Notes: generated by a model not told the origin, from the letters alone. A stretch of DNA of 64,000 bases from Candidatus Planktophila sp. (GCA_044348745.1 JBIKSG010000003.1), one strand, 5' to 3'. Positions 1 to 11,489 are shown, numbered from the stretch's first letter. A program made the numbers and translations.

Positions 1-2
1 TA

Positions 3-383
3 ATGAGCACCCTTGATGTTGTTGCTTATGCTGGCGAAAAACACGGCGGGGTTCGCCCAGCTAACTTCTTAGACATCGGTGGCGGTGCATCGGCACAAAT
101 CATGGCTGATGGACTTTCGATCATTCTTGGAGATGCCGATGTGAAGAGCGTTTTCGTTAATGTATTTGGTGGAATTACCGCATGTGACGCTGTTGCAAAC
201 GGAATTGTGCAAGCCCTTGAATTACTTGGGCCTAAGGCGACAAAGCCAATTGTTGTTCGCCTCGATGGAAACAACGTTGTCGAAGGCCGTGCAATTTTGG
301 CTAAGGCCGCCCACCCGTTGGTGGAGCAGGCAGACACTATGGATGGAGCAGCAAATCGCGCTGCAGAATTGGCGGCGAAGTAA
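3..383 (+). CDS. sucC: Succinyl-CoA ligase beta subunit (5'-truncated by window edge)
   Basis: [20 protein letters not shown] and VVRLDGNN motifs; stop overlaps the sucD start. Confidence 0.97.
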   Translation: MSTLDVVAYAGEKHGGVRPANFLDIGGGASAQIMADGLSIILGDADVKSVFVNVFGGITACDAVANGIVQALELLGPKATKPIVVRLDGNNVVEGRAILAKAAHPLVEQADTMDGAANRAAELAAK

Positions 384-1264
384 TGTCTATCTTTATCAAT
401 GATGCAAGCAAGGTAATTGTTCAGGGAATGACAGGTTCCGAAGGAACCAAGCACACTCGCCGTATGTTGGCTTCAGGCACAAAGATTGTCGGCGGAGTTA
501 CTCCAGGTAAAGGTGGACAGGTTGTCGATATCGACGGTCATCAGTTGCCTGTATTCAACACAGTTGCTGAAGCAATGAGTGCAACAGGTGCCAATGTTTC
601 TGTTGTTTTCGTTCCACCTAAGTTTGCCAAAGCTGCTGTCATTGATGCCATTGATGCAACGATGCCACTAGTTGTTGTGATCACAGAAGGTATTCCTGTT
701 CATGATTCTGCAAGCTTCTATGCATACTCGCAGACAAAGGGAACGACGCAGATAATCGGTCCTAACTGCCCAGGATTGATTAGCCCAGGAAAATCAAATG
801 TGGGAATTATTCCTGCAGACATCACTGGGTCAGGTCCTATTGGATTAGTGTCAAAGTCTGGAACCCTTACCTATCAAATGATGTATGAACTCCGAGACAT
901 TGGATTTAGCACTGCAGTTGGAATTGGTGGAGATCCAGTTATTGGAACAACACACATCGATTGCTTGCGAGCATTTCAAGATGATCCAGACACAACAGCG
1001 ATTGTGATGATTGGTGAAATCGGTGGAGATGCAGAAGAGCGTGCTGCAGCATTTATCTCTGAGTATGTAACAAAGCCAGTTGTTGGTTACGTTGCAGGTT
1101 TCACTGCGCCAGAAGGTAAAACAATGGGTCACGCAGGCGCAATCGTTTCTGGGTCTTCAGGAACTGCGCAAGCGAAGAAAGATGCCTTGGAAGCAGCTGG
1201 AGTTAAGGTTGGCCAAACACCTAGTGAAACCGCGCGTTTGTTACGCGCAATTCTGGGTCGATAA
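383..1264 (+). CDS. sucD: Succinyl-CoA ligase alpha subunit
   Basis: [23 protein letters not shown] and phospho-His motif MGHAGA. Confidence 0.98.
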   Translation: MSIFINDASKVIVQGMTGSEGTKHTRRMLASGTKIVGGVTPGKGGQVVDIDGHQLPVFNTVAEAMSATGANVSVVFVPPKFAKAAVIDAIDATMPLVVVITEGIPVHDSASFYAYSQTKGTTQIIGPNCPGLISPGKSNVGIIPADITGSGPIGLVSKSGTLTYQMMYELRDIGFSTAVGIGGDPVIGTTHIDCLRAFQDDPDTTAIVMIGEIGGDAEERAAAFISEYVTKPVVGYVAGFTAPEGKTMGHAGAIVSGSSGTAQAKKDALEAAGVKVGQTPSETARLLRAILGR

Positions 1265-1266
1265 CA

Positions 1267-2346
1267 ATGTTCACGCGGGTACTTGGAGCAGCATTGCCCC
1301 AGGTCCTGCGTAGCGTTGCATGGCTTTTACTTCCCACATCATTTATTGCCCTTCTCGCTTGGGCTACTGCAGGTAGCGCAACAGGCAATACGGGAGATCC
1401 TTTACGTGCAGCGTTGTGGATCTGGATTGGTGCTCACCAGATCCCTTTTTCTTTAGCACTGCCACCCTCTGGCTTAAATGGTTATCTTTCATATCTTCCA
1501 CTTGGCGCTCTGGTCTTTCCAGTACTTGCAATTCGCAATGGCATAGCGCGCACTATTGAACGACTAGACAATGATTCTTCTTTGGCTGGTCCTGCTCGAG
1601 TCATCTTTGCTATCTGCTACACCCTGTTTGCTCTATTGGCTTCATTTTTTTCAAAAACTGAGACAGTAAAGCCAGTTTGGTATTTCGCACTTATTTATGT
1701 CTTGCCATTTACGCTTTTAGTTGGCTCTACCGTTGGACGCAAAGTTGCTTTAGGCCAAGGATTTCTATTTGGCTCTCGCATCATCGCCTTGCTCTTAGGT
1801 GCATCATCAATCATTCTTGGCATTTGCCTGCTTCTGAATTTATCAATGGTTAAGAACCTGACTATTGCTTTGCAACCCGGCATCTTCGGGGGTCTTCTTT
1901 TGCTATTGCTAAATGTTTTGTATTTGCCCAACGCAGCAGTTGCCACACTTGCATATTTTTCAGGAGTTGGATTTGCCGTTGGATCGGGCACATTAGTTTC
2001 GCCACTTTCATATCGTTTAAATACACTTCCTGCAATGCCACTGTTAGGCGCGCTACCTCAAGGTAAGTCAACAATCGCATTAATTGGCATCGCCCTTATT
2101 GTCTTTGCAGGTGCGCTCCTTGCAAGTTGGACAGTAGCCCTTAACTTTAAGGTTTTACATCAAAGTTTGATTGTGGCAATTCTGATTGCAGCATTTATTG
2201 GATATTCCGCAAGCGGTGCGTTGATCACAGAGACTATGTCAGCAGTGGGAGTTTCTACCTGGAAATTCACATTGGCAATAGCAGTCGAGCTAGTGGTAGG
2301 TGCTGCTTTAGCGCTGTATGTACCGAGATTTTTCAAGCGGACATGA
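1267..2346 (+). CDS. Polytopic membrane protein, DUF6350/PerM-like
   Basis: Many hydrophobic helices; YLPNA..GFAVG.GT and LPAMPLLGALP motifs; usual actinobacterial position between sucD and purN. Confidence 0.75.
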   Translation: MFTRVLGAALPQVLRSVAWLLLPTSFIALLAWATAGSATGNTGDPLRAALWIWIGAHQIPFSLALPPSGLNGYLSYLPLGALVFPVLAIRNGIARTIERLDNDSSLAGPARVIFAICYTLFALLASFFSKTETVKPVWYFALIYVLPFTLLVGSTVGRKVALGQGFLFGSRIIALLLGASSIILGICLLLNLSMVKNLTIALQPGIFGGLLLLLLNVLYLPNAAVATLAYFSGVGFAVGSGTLVSPLSYRLNTLPAMPLLGALPQGKSTIALIGIALIVFAGALLASWTVALNFKVLHQSLIVAILIAAFIGYSASGALITETMSAVGVSTWKFTLAIAVELVVGAALALYVPRFFKRT

Positions 2347-2909
2347 GAAAGCGCGTTGTAATCCTTGCCTCAGGTGCAGGTTCACTTGCTCAGGCGATTT
2401 TGGATGCTCCAGATCTGGATATTCAAGTTGTCGCAGTAGTTTCGGATAAAGCAGATGCGCAGGTCATAGATAGAGCTAAGAAGGCCGCAATTAACACCTC
2501 AATCATTGAGTTGAAGGGTGATCGCCAGGCATGGGATAGAGATCTATTTGATCAGGTGAAGAAATACCAACCAGATTTAGTCGTTAGCGCAGGTTTCATG
2601 AAAATCTTATCGGCAGATTTCGTAAATTCCTTTCCAACTATTAATAGTCATCCAGCATTGCTTCCAGAATTTCCAGGCGCACATGCAGTTCGTGATGCTT
2701 TGGCAGCAGGTGTAACGGTCACAGGTACAACTGTTCATTGGGTTGATGCTGGCGTAGATACCGGACCGATCATTACCCAGATGGAGGTGCCGGTGTTGCC
2801 CGGCGATGATGAAGCCACTCTTCATGAGAGAATTAAGAAAGTAGAGCGCGGTCTCATTGTTGCGACCATAGCTTTGATTACACCGACACTGGAGACTATT
2901 CCTCGATGA
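2343..2909 (+). CDS. purN: Phosphoribosylglycinamide formyltransferase
   Basis: LASGAGS, NSHPALLPEFPG, TVHWVDAGVDTGPII. Confidence 0.97.
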   Translation: MRKRVVILASGAGSLAQAILDAPDLDIQVVAVVSDKADAQVIDRAKKAAINTSIIELKGDRQAWDRDLFDQVKKYQPDLVVSAGFMKILSADFVNSFPTINSHPALLPEFPGAHAVRDALAAGVTVTGTTVHWVDAGVDTGPIITQMEVPVLPGDDEATLHERIKKVERGLIVATIALITPTLETIPR

Positions 2910-4444
2910 AAAAACAAATTCGCCGTGCATTAGTCAGTGTCTATGACAAGGATCGCCTACTTGAATTGGGTGAGGCTCTTAATTTTGCAGGAATTGAGAT
3001 TTTATCTACAGGATCGACTGCAAAGAATCTAGCTGATGCTGGGATTGCTGTGACTGAAGTCAGCACCTACACAGATTTTCCTGAAATTATGGGTGGGCGA
3101 GTAAAGACTTTGCATCCACGAATTCATGGTGGAATTCTGGCGGATCAAAACAATCCAGAACACTTAGCTGCAATCGCTGATCTAGATATCGCACCATTTG
3201 ATCTCGTGGTTATTAACTTGTATCCATTTGCATCCACGCTTGCATCAGGTGCCAACTTTGAAGAATGTATAGAACAAATCGACATCGGTGGTCCATCAAT
3301 GCTTCGTGGGGCTGCGAAAAACCATGGCTCTGTGGCTGTTATTTGCCAAACTTCCCAATATGACCAACTTCTAAATGCAATTAAATCTGGTGGTTTTACA
3401 GAAGTAGAGCGTCGTCAATTGGCACTAGAGGTTTTTAGAACAACGGCTGAATACGATTTAGCTATAGCAAGCTGGTTAGGCAAATCAGATTCTCAGGAAT
3501 TACCTGATTGGTTTGGGCACATATGGCGTAAAGAAAACTCCCTGCGCTATGGAGAGAATCCACATCAAGCTGCCGCAATCTATTCAGGTGGAACTGCCGG
3601 GATTGTTGGTGCACAGCAACTACATGGCAAGGAAATGTCATTCAACAATTACACAGATGCAGAAGCAGCGTGGCGTGCAGTGTTGGATCATCGTGATCCT
3701 GCTGTTGCCATCATGAAGCATGCAAACCCATGTGGCGTCGCTGTTTGTGAACTGGGGGTTGCAGTTGCATATCAGCGTGCACATGAGTGTGATCCAGTAT
3801 CGGCGTTTGGTGGAGTCGTTGCAGCAAATCGCACAGTTGATCTTGCAATGGCAGAGCCATTATCAAAAATCTTCACAGAAGTAATCATTGCGCCAGATTA
3901 CGAAGCCGATGCTCTTGAACTGCTTATGAAGAAACCATCGATTCGTATATTGAAATGCGATGTAACATCGATAAATGCCTTTGAACTTCGCCCAGTTTCC
4001 GGGGGAGTGCTTCTGCAATCAACTGATTTAATCGATGCCGAAGGTGATTTGCCTACACATTGGAAGCAAGTAAGTGGCAAGGCAGTAGACATACAGACGA
4101 TGAAGGATCTTGAGTTTGCATGGCGCAGTGTGCGCTCAGTAAAGAGCAATGCGATCTTGCTTGCAAAAGGCACCGCCTCGGTTGGAATTGGTATGGGACA
4201 GGTCAATCGTGTGGATTCCGCACGTCTTGCAGTTTCACGCGCAGGTGATCGCGTTAAAGGCTCTGTTGCTGCAAGTGATGCATTCTTTCCATTTGCAGAT
4301 GGGCTGCAGATTTTGATTGATGCAGGCGTTACCGCCGTTATACAACCTGGCGGAAGTGTGCGCGATGATGAGGTTATTGCAGCTGCGCAGGCTGCTGGAA
4401 TAGCCATGTTTTTCACGGGCACTAGGCATTTCTCTCACGCATAG
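2906..4444 (+). CDS. purH: Bifunctional AICAR transformylase/IMP cyclohydrolase
   Basis: GRVKTLHP, IDIGGPSM, LRYGENPHQ, ASDAFFPF, RHFSH. Confidence 0.98.
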   Translation: MKKQIRRALVSVYDKDRLLELGEALNFAGIEILSTGSTAKNLADAGIAVTEVSTYTDFPEIMGGRVKTLHPRIHGGILADQNNPEHLAAIADLDIAPFDLVVINLYPFASTLASGANFEECIEQIDIGGPSMLRGAAKNHGSVAVICQTSQYDQLLNAIKSGGFTEVERRQLALEVFRTTAEYDLAIASWLGKSDSQELPDWFGHIWRKENSLRYGENPHQAAAIYSGGTAGIVGAQQLHGKEMSFNNYTDAEAAWRAVLDHRDPAVAIMKHANPCGVAVCELGVAVAYQRAHECDPVSAFGGVVAANRTVDLAMAEPLSKIFTEVIIAPDYEADALELLMKKPSIRILKCDVTSINAFELRPVSGGVLLQSTDLIDAEGDLPTHWKQVSGKAVDIQTMKDLEFAWRSVRSVKSNAILLAKGTASVGIGMGQVNRVDSARLAVSRAGDRVKGSVAASDAFFPFADGLQILIDAGVTAVIQPGGSVRDDEVIAAAQAAGIAMFFTGTRHFSHA

Positions 4445-4453
4445 TCGAATAGA

Positions 4454-4459
4454 TAGGCT
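4454..4459 (+). promoter_or_regulatory. Putative -10 element (TAGGCT) for leaderless folD transcript
   Basis: TAnnnT hexamer 6 nt before the ATG, no Shine-Dalgarno. Confidence 0.6.
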
Positions 4460-4465
4460 TTACCC

Positions 4466-5305
4466 ATGAGCGCACAGATTCTAGATGGCAAGGCACTTGC
4501 AGCTGTCATTAAGGCCGATCTGACAACTCGCGTACTTGCGCTAAAGCACAAGGGAGTAACGCCTGGCCTCGGAACAGTACTTGTTGGTGATGACCCTGGT
4601 TCTCATTCTTATGTCGGCGGAAAACATCGCGATTGCAAAGAAGTTGGGATCAACTCAATCCGTGTTGACTTACCAGAGAGTGCAACCGAGAGAGATGTTC
4701 TTGCCGCTATTGCGGATTTGAATTCTTCCAAGGAATGTACTGGTTACATAGTTCAATTACCATTACCGAAGGGTGTTAATACCCAAAAAGTATTGGAAGC
4801 TATTGATCCAGACAAAGATGCAGATGGTTTGCATCCTTTAAATCTTGGTCGTTTGGTTTCAGGATACGACGCACCATTGCCATGCACACCGCGTGCAATT
4901 GTCGCGCTACTTGATCATTACAACATCACAACCAATGGTGCAGAGATAACTGTTATTGGTCGCGGATTAACAGTAGGACGTCCGCTCGGGTTGCTACTAA
5001 GTCGCAAACAAGAAAATGCAACTGTGACACTTACCCACACTGGCACAAAAGATTTATTGCAACACACAAGGAACGCTGACATTGTTGTTGCTGCAATTGG
5101 GCAGTCACATTTCCTAAAAGCTGAAATGATCAAAGAAGGCGCAGTAGTAATTGATGTTGGAATATCTAGAACTCCAGAAGGATTAGATGGCGATGTTTGT
5201 CCTGGTGTTTATGCAAAAGCGTCATACGTTTCACCAATGCCTGGTGGGGTCGGCCCAATGACGCGGGCCATGCTGCTAACAAATGTGGTTGATGCATGCA
5301 GTTAA
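4466..5305 (+). CDS. folD: Methylenetetrahydrofolate dehydrogenase/cyclohydrolase
   Basis: [26 protein letters not shown]. Confidence 0.97.
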   Translation: MSAQILDGKALAAVIKADLTTRVLALKHKGVTPGLGTVLVGDDPGSHSYVGGKHRDCKEVGINSIRVDLPESATERDVLAAIADLNSSKECTGYIVQLPLPKGVNTQKVLEAIDPDKDADGLHPLNLGRLVSGYDAPLPCTPRAIVALLDHYNITTNGAEITVIGRGLTVGRPLGLLLSRKQENATVTLTHTGTKDLLQHTRNADIVVAAIGQSHFLKAEMIKEGAVVIDVGISRTPEGLDGDVCPGVYAKASYVSPMPGGVGPMTRAMLLTNVVDACS

Positions 5306-5523
5306 ATAATCGCTTGCTTTCTATAGTTAGTTACCTCGCTGTCCTGGTAGGGGTGGTTCTTGGGGCCTCCGGGATAGTGCGAGGTGGATCACTTTTTATT
5401 GCGGCAGGAACCTTGGGCATCGCACTCAAAGCTGGAAATTTCCGCCGCATAGAGTTTTATTTACCCGTTGTTATCGCTTTAGCCCTTTTTGCGCTGGCGA
5501 TTGCCCTTCCGAACGGGCGATAG
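5296..5523 (+). CDS. Small membrane protein (DUF3017-like by position)
   Basis: 75 aa, about 3 hydrophobic segments, overlaps the folD stop; matches the usual gene after actinobacterial folD. Confidence 0.55.
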   Translation: MQLNNRLLSIVSYLAVLVGVVLGASGIVRGGSLFIAAGTLGIALKAGNFRRIEFYLPVVIALALFALAIALPNGR

Positions 5524-5561
5524 AGTTCACCTATTCGCAAATACGCATGAATGGAGTCACG

Positions 5562-6512
5562 ATGGGTGGCAAAGTCACAGTAGTCGGTGCCGGTTTCTAT
5601 GGTTCAACAACAGCTCTTCGTTTAGCTGAATATGATCTTTTCGACACTGTTGTATTAACAGATATCGTCGAAGGTAAGCCTGAAGGTTTGGCTTTAGATA
5701 TGAATCAATCGCGCTCGATTGAAGGTTTTGAAACAAAAATTATTGGCGCAACAACCACTGCTGAAGGTGCTGGCTACGAAGCTACAGCTAACTCAGATGT
5801 TGTCGTTATTACAGCAGGACTCCCTCGTAAGCCCGGTATGAGCCGTATGGATTTGATTGATGTAAATGCAGGAATCGTCCGTGGTGTTGCAGAAAACATT
5901 GCAAAGCACTCACCTAATGCAGTAATTATTGTGGTTTCTAATCCATTAGATGAAATGACCTCACTAGCCCAGATCGCAACAGGATTTCCAAAGAACCGCG
6001 TAATGGGTCAGGCTGGAATGTTGGACACAGCACGTTTTACAAACTTTGTTGCAGAAAAACTTGGAGTAAAAGTTGCCGCTGTTAAGACTCTGACTCTTGG
6101 ATCACATGGAGACACAATGGTCCCAGTTCCAAGCCGTTGCACAGTTGATGGCAAGCCACTAACAGATCTTCTCTCACAAGAAGAGATTGCAGAACTTGTG
6201 GATCGCACACGCAATGGTGGTGCAGAAGTCGTTGCACTTCTTAAAACAGGCTCTGCCTACTATGCACCATCTGCAGCAGCAGCTCGAATGGCCAAGGCTA
6301 TTATTGAAGATTCAGGGGCAGTAATGCCTGTGTGTGCTTGGGTTGACGGTGAGTACGGAATTTCTGGTGTTTATCTTGGCGTTGAAGCTGAAATTGGTCG
6401 CACCGGTATCAAGAAGGTTGTCGAAAGCGCATTAACTGATTCAGAAGTTGCAGCCCTTAAAGAGGCAGCAGAAGCAGTTCGTGCAAAGCAAGCAGATGTC
6501 CAAACACTCTAG
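5562..6512 (+). CDS. mdh: Malate dehydrogenase (LDH-like type)
   Basis: GAGFYG, ITAGLPRKPGMSR, VSNPLD, LDTARF, GSHGD; start moved to the ATG after a GGAG SD. Confidence 0.96.
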   Translation: MGGKVTVVGAGFYGSTTALRLAEYDLFDTVVLTDIVEGKPEGLALDMNQSRSIEGFETKIIGATTTAEGAGYEATANSDVVVITAGLPRKPGMSRMDLIDVNAGIVRGVAENIAKHSPNAVIIVVSNPLDEMTSLAQIATGFPKNRVMGQAGMLDTARFTNFVAEKLGVKVAAVKTLTLGSHGDTMVPVPSRCTVDGKPLTDLLSQEEIAELVDRTRNGGAEVVALLKTGSAYYAPSAAAARMAKAIIEDSGAVMPVCAWVDGEYGISGVYLGVEAEIGRTGIKKVVESALTDSEVAALKEAAEAVRAKQADVQTL

Positions 6513-6544
6513 GCAATCTTTAATATACAAATAAAGGAGACTCA

Positions 6545-7759
6545 ATGAGCAAGATCAAAGTTACAGGCACAGTCGTTGAATTAGACGGCGATGAAATGAC
6601 CCGCATTATGTGGCAGTTCATCAAGGATTCATTGATTTTGCCTTACCTGGATGTGAATCTCGAGTATTACGACTTGGGCATGGAACACCGTGATGCAACT
6701 GATGATCAGGTGACTATCGATTCAGCACGGGCTATTCAAAAGCATGGCGTTGGTATCAAGTGCGCAACTATCACTCCGGATGAGGCACGTGTTGAAGAGT
6801 TTGGTTTGAAGAAGATGTGGAAGTCTCCTAATGGAACAATCCGCAACATTCTTGGCGGAGTGATTTTCCGCGAGCCAATCATTATCAGCAATGTTCCTCG
6901 TTTGGTTCCACACTGGACTAAGCCAATAGTTATCGGACGTCACGCTTTTGGTGATCAATACCGTGCAACAGACTTTAAAGTTCCAGGTCCAGGAAAGCTA
7001 ACAATCTCATTTGTGCCAGAAGATGGATCTGCACCAATTAACACAGAAGTTTTCAACTTTGAATCTTCAGGTGTTGCAATGGCAATGTATAACGTTGACG
7101 ATTCAATTCGCGACTTTGCCCGTGCATCCCTTAACTACGGACTTCTCCGTAAGTTTCCTGTCTATCTTTCAACGAAAAACACAATCCTTAAGGCTTATGA
7201 CGGTCGCTTCAAGGATATTTTTGAAGAGATCTACCAAGCAGAGTTCAAGACACAATTTGATGCTGCTGGAATTTGGTATGAGCATCGCCTGATTGATGAC
7301 ATGGTTGCAATGTCTTTACGTATGGAAGGTGGATACGTCTGGGCATGTAAGAACTATGACGGCGATGTTCAATCTGACACCGTTGCACAGGGTTACGGCT
7401 CACTTGGTTTGATGACTTCCGTGTTGATGACACCAGATGGAAAGATCTGCGAGTCAGAGGCTGCTCACGGAACAGTGACACGTCACTACCGTGATCACCA
7501 AGCAGGTAAGGCAACATCAACAAACCCAATTGCTTCAATCTTTGCCTGGACTCAAGGTCTTGCACACCGTGCAAAGCTGGATAACAACCCAGAGCTTGCA
7601 AAGTTCTGTGCAACTTTAGAACGAGTGTGCATTGAGACTGTCGAGCAAGGAAAGATGACCAAGGATTTATCTCTTTTGATTTCAAAGGATGCTCCGTATC
7701 AAACAACTCAAGAGTTCTTGAATTCAATTGATGAGAACCTCAAGAAGGCCATGGCATAA
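6545..7759 (+). CDS. icd: NADP-dependent isocitrate dehydrogenase (dimeric, type II)
   Basis: [31 protein letters not shown]; AAGGAG SD. Confidence 0.98.
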   Translation: MSKIKVTGTVVELDGDEMTRIMWQFIKDSLILPYLDVNLEYYDLGMEHRDATDDQVTIDSARAIQKHGVGIKCATITPDEARVEEFGLKKMWKSPNGTIRNILGGVIFREPIIISNVPRLVPHWTKPIVIGRHAFGDQYRATDFKVPGPGKLTISFVPEDGSAPINTEVFNFESSGVAMAMYNVDDSIRDFARASLNYGLLRKFPVYLSTKNTILKAYDGRFKDIFEEIYQAEFKTQFDAAGIWYEHRLIDDMVAMSLRMEGGYVWACKNYDGDVQSDTVAQGYGSLGLMTSVLMTPDGKICESEAAHGTVTRHYRDHQAGKATSTNPIASIFAWTQGLAHRAKLDNNPELAKFCATLERVCIETVEQGKMTKDLSLLISKDAPYQTTQEFLNSIDENLKKAMA

Positions 7760-7774
7760 GCGCATTTAGGCAAC

Positions 7775-7813
7775 AAAAAACCCGCGGTGGCCATTGGCTC
7801 TCGCGGGTTTTTT
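7775..7813. terminator. Bidirectional intrinsic terminator between icd and msiK
   Basis: AAAAAA-CCCGCG...CGCGGG-TTTTTT between convergent genes. Confidence 0.9.
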
Positions 7814-7823
7814 ACTGATCTAA

Positions 7824-8903
7824 TTAAACGCGTTCTCCAGTTGCTGAGTTGAACAAGTGAACTGCGCCCTTAGCTGCTTCGACAGTGATTGTCTGACCTG
7901 GCTTTGGAGGGTTCTTTGGATCCCAGCGAACAATTACTTGCGCACCTTCATCTGCTGCATTAGCAAACTTAACTGATGAATCAGCTGGCTTTCCATAAAC
8001 GAATGCATCTGAACCAAGCTCTTCAACAACTTCAACTAGTACATGGAAGCCCTTTGATGACGGTGTGAAGCCTTCTGGGCGAACACCGACTGTCACAGAT
8101 GATCCTGCAGAAGCTGGAACATCAATGGCTAGATCTCCAAGCATCGCCTTACCGCCCACAACAGGTGCGATAAGTAGGTTCATAGCAGGGGATCCAATGA
8201 ATCCTGCGACGAATGCGTTTGCTGGGTTGTCATAAAGATTACGTGGTGTATCTACTTGCTGAAGCAATCCATCCTTCAATACCGCAACTCGATCGCCCAT
8301 AGTCATAGCTTCAACTTGGTCGTGTGTTACATAAACAGTTGTGATTCCTAAGCGACGCTGCAAGGCAGCGATTTGTGTACGAGTTGCTACGCGCAACTTC
8401 GCATCAAGGTTTGAAAGTGGTTCGTCCATAAGGAAAACTTGAGGCTCACGAACAATTGCGCGACCCATTGCAACGCGCTGACGTTGTCCACCAGAAAGAG
8501 CTTTTGGCTTGCGCTCTAGGTATGGCTCAAGGTCAAGCAACTTTGCTGCTTCAAGGACGCGACGTTCGCGCTCTTCTTTTGGAGTTCCTGCAATCTTTAA
8601 GGCAAAGCCCATGTTCTCTGCAACTGTCATGTGTGGATACAGTGCATAAGACTGGAACACCATCGCGATATCGCGATCTTTTGGTGCAACATTTGTTACA
8701 TCGCGATCGCCAATTAAAATGCGACCGCCATCAATTTCTTCAAGTCCAGCCAACATACGAAGTGATGTTGACTTACCGCAACCTGATGGACCAACAAGAA
8801 CCAAAAACTCTCCATCATTAACGGTGAGATTTAGCTTGTCGACTGCAGGTGCTGTTGTTCCTGGATAGATACGTGATGCGCCATCAAAAACTACTGATGC
8901 CAT
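7824..8903 (-). CDS. msiK: Orphan sugar ABC transporter ATPase (MsiK/MalK/UgpC family)
   Basis: GPSGCGKS, LSGGQRQR, VFQSYALYPHM, YVTHDQ; start set at the ATG at 8903 after an AAGGAG SD; msiK RNA upstream. Confidence 0.92.
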   Translation of the reverse strand: MASVVFDGASRIYPGTTAPAVDKLNLTVNDGEFLVLVGPSGCGKSTSLRMLAGLEEIDGGRILIGDRDVTNVAPKDRDIAMVFQSYALYPHMTVAENMGFALKIAGTPKEERERRVLEAAKLLDLEPYLERKPKALSGGQRQRVAMGRAIVREPQVFLMDEPLSNLDAKLRVATRTQIAALQRRLGITTVYVTHDQVEAMTMGDRVAVLKDGLLQQVDTPRNLYDNPANAFVAGFIGSPAMNLLIAPVVGGKAMLGDLAIDVPASAGSSVTVGVRPEGFTPSSKGFHVLVEVVEELGSDAFVYGKPADSSVKFANAADEGAQVIVRWDPKNPPKPGQTITVEAAKGAVHLFNSATGERV

Positions 8904-8910
8904 GAGATTT

Positions 8911-8960
8911 CTCTCCTTCTCCGGGCAGGTACGTGCCCGACGGTCCGAGGATGAAGGTGA
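8911..8960 (-). ncRNA. msiK RNA motif (cis-regulatory 5' UTR element)
   Basis: Minus strand reads CCUUCAUCCUCGGACCGUCGGGCACGUACCUGCCCGGAGAAGGAG: inner hairpin CGGGCA-CGUACC-UGCCCG and outer CCUUC/GAAGG pairing over the SD; matches my recollection of the actinobacterial msiK motif. Confidence 0.85.
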
Positions 8961-8982
8961 TGGCCGGTTGGCCAACGGCGCT

Positions 8983-8988
8983 AGATTA
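8983..8988 (-). promoter_or_regulatory. Putative -10 element (TAATCT) of msiK
   Basis: TAnnnT placed to give a leader of about 75 nt containing the msiK RNA. Confidence 0.55.
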
Positions 8989-9074
8989 CGCACAAACGCC
9001 GCTCAAGGGAAGATCTGGCTCAGCGCCACGGCCGGCTTTATGAGATCTCCTGGAGATCGTATACTTCTCACATA

Positions 9075-10370
9075 ATGGAACCTCCCTCGTTGGCTTCACT
9101 GCTCGTTGACCTAGCAACCATCGCTGGCCTGATTATCTTGGCCGCCTTTTTCGTTGCTGCAGAAATTGCTCTCATATCTCTTCGAGATAGCCAGGTGCGT
9201 CAAATCGCATCCCGTGGAAAACGAGGCGCTCGCGTTGCAGCCCTTGCAGAACACCCCAACCGCTTATTAGCCGCTGTTCAAATTGGCGTGACTGTCAGCG
9301 GATTTCTCTCTGCAGCATTAGGTGCAGATCAGCTAGGCGATTATGTAATTCCATGGCTTGAGTCCCAAGGAATTTCAAAGGGCTGGAGTGCAACTATCTC
9401 CCTTATTGGTGTGACTCTTGTGATCGCCTATTTCTCTTTAGTCTTTGGAGAGCTAGTTCCTAAGCGAGTCGCGCTTTTTAGAGCTGAAGAAATCGCGATG
9501 ACTACTGCTGGAACCATCAATATTGTTGCAAATATCTTCCGCCCAGTTATTTGGTTGCTTTCAAAGTCAACAGACTTTGTGGTGCGCGCATTTGGTATTG
9601 ATCCTAAAGAGCAGCGCAGTCAGATGTCTGAAGAAGAGCTACTCGACTTAGTTGTCGGCCATGCTGCATTGACCGCAGAGGAACGCGACATTGTCGAAGA
9701 AGTTTTTAATGCCTCAGAACGTCAGGTGCACGAAGTTATGGTGCCCCGTACTGAAGTTGATTTCATGGATGCCTCATTGACTGTTGGTAAAGCAATTGAA
9801 CTAGCAGTTGATAAGGCGCATTCTCGCTACCCAGTTGTTCGAGGCTCATCTGATGAGGTTGTTGGATTTATTCACGTTCGCGATTTGTTGGATACCTCCC
9901 TTGCATCCAAGGGAACCAAGATTGTTGAGTTAGCTCGAAATATTATGTATTTGCCTGGTACGAAAGGGATTTTGCCAGCCCTAACGGAGATGCGTATGCA
10001 AGGGCAGCACCTGGCAATTGTTCTTGATGAATATGGTGGGACCGATGGAATCGTCACCCTAGAAGACTTAGTCGAAGTTCTTGTGGGGGATATCCGTGAC
10101 GAATATGACGACCATGAGGATGAAATTTCACATGAAGAGCGCACAGGTGATTTCGAAGTAGATGGGCTTATTTCTATTGAGGATTTAATCGAGCAGACCA
10201 ACCTCGAAATTCCAGAAGGTCCATATGAGACTGCCAGTGGATTTGTCATGCATTTCTTAGGTCGAATCCCACGCGAGCACGATGTAGTGAACGTTAATGG
10301 CATCCGAATCACGGTGTTATCAATGGAAGGCAAACGCGCAGGGCAGTTATTGATCTCGCGATCAGCATAG
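9075..10370 (+). CDS. CNNM/CorC-HlyC (hemolysin-family) CBS-domain membrane protein
   Basis: [44 protein letters not shown]; C-terminal CorC domain. Confidence 0.92.
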   Translation: MEPPSLASLLVDLATIAGLIILAAFFVAAEIALISLRDSQVRQIASRGKRGARVAALAEHPNRLLAAVQIGVTVSGFLSAALGADQLGDYVIPWLESQGISKGWSATISLIGVTLVIAYFSLVFGELVPKRVALFRAEEIAMTTAGTINIVANIFRPVIWLLSKSTDFVVRAFGIDPKEQRSQMSEEELLDLVVGHAALTAEERDIVEEVFNASERQVHEVMVPRTEVDFMDASLTVGKAIELAVDKAHSRYPVVRGSSDEVVGFIHVRDLLDTSLASKGTKIVELARNIMYLPGTKGILPALTEMRMQGQHLAIVLDEYGGTDGIVTLEDLVEVLVGDIRDEYDDHEDEISHEERTGDFEVDGLISIEDLIEQTNLEIPEGPYETASGFVMHFLGRIPREHDVVNVNGIRITVLSMEGKRAGQLLISRSA

Positions 10371-10389
10371 TTGTGAAAGAATTATCGGC

Positions 10390-11388
10390 ATGACACAGAA
10401 GCGAGTTCTTTCAGGCATTCAGCCAACAAGTGACTCCTTCCACCTCGGAAATTATCTGGGCGCTCTAAAGCAATGGGTTGAATTACAAGAAGGCAATGAT
10501 GCTTTTTATTGCATTGTTGATTTACATGCACTCACTGGTGAAATTGAACCAGCGTTGTTTAGAAGGCGGACTTTGGCATCTGCTGCCCAGTTGATTGCCC
10601 TAGGAATTTCACCTGAAAAATCAACCTTATTTGTGCAGTCTCATGTTGCAGAACACAATCAATTGGGCTGGATTATGGAATGTCTTGCAGGTTTTGGTGA
10701 GGCAAGCCGTATGACTCAATTCAAAGATAAATCAGCAAAGGGCGGAGCAGACACAGCCCGTGTTGGTCTCTTTACATATCCGATGTTGCAAGCCGCAGAC
10801 ATACTTTTATATCAAGCCCATTTTGTTCCGGTTGGAGAAGATCAACGTCAACACATTGAATTAACCCGTGATCTGGCTACTCGTTTTAATTCTCGATTTG
10901 GTGAAACCTTTAGATTGCCAGAGGGCTACATCTTGAAAGCAGGAGCAAAGATTTACGACCTGCAAGAGCCAACTTCAAAAATGAGCAAATCCTCGGGTTC
11001 GACATCAGGGGTTTTAGAACTAATGGATACTCCTGAAGCCAATACAAAAAAGATCAAAAGCGCCGCAACAGATGCGGGCCGAGAAGTTACATTTGATGAA
11101 AAAGAAAAACCAGGCATTAGTAATTTGCTAACTATTCATTCATCACTTTCCGGAACTTCAATTTCAGATCTTGAAACTCAATTTGAAGGTAAGGGATACG
11201 GAGACTTTAAGACTGCTGTGGCTGAAGTGGTGGTTGAGCACTTCCGGCCGATCAGGGCTAAGGCACTTGAACTCTTAGAAGATGAAAAGCACCTCATTGA
11301 CCTTCTCCATGAGGGTGCAGAGAAAGCTCGCAGCGTTGCCTCGGAAACCCTTCAGGAAACCTACAAAAACCTCGGTTTAGTGCGATAA
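10390..11388 (+). CDS. trpS: Tryptophan--tRNA ligase
   Basis: [32 protein letters not shown]. Confidence 0.98.
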   Translation: MTQKRVLSGIQPTSDSFHLGNYLGALKQWVELQEGNDAFYCIVDLHALTGEIEPALFRRRTLASAAQLIALGISPEKSTLFVQSHVAEHNQLGWIMECLAGFGEASRMTQFKDKSAKGGADTARVGLFTYPMLQAADILLYQAHFVPVGEDQRQHIELTRDLATRFNSRFGETFRLPEGYILKAGAKIYDLQEPTSKMSKSSGSTSGVLELMDTPEANTKKIKSAATDAGREVTFDEKEKPGISNLLTIHSSLSGTSISDLETQFEGKGYGDFKTAVAEVVVEHFRPIRAKALELLEDEKHLIDLLHEGAEKARSVASETLQETYKNLGLVR

Positions 11389-11489
11389 AGGCTTCTTTTC
11401 CTCAACCCCAACTTGAGAGTTTTCCAAAACGTTACACCCCCGATACCAAAATAAAGGCTCGCTTGTTGAGTTTAATCATGGGTGAGTTA

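Noticed and set aside
3898-4422. Long antisense ORFs such as this one opposite purH (also 35379-35882, 43404-43850, 45348-45797)
   Set aside because: Typical antisense shadows caused by codon bias in well-supported genes; no SD, promoter or family motifs.
8904-8993. N-terminal extension or leader peptide of MsiK
   Set aside because: The region is explained by the msiK RNA and promoter; the SD points to ATG 8903.
11401-11417. HspR HAIR operator
   Set aside because: The arms are in the opposite order (CTCAA...TTGAG) to the HAIR consensus CTTGAGT-N7-ACTCAAG, and the downstream genes are not chaperones.
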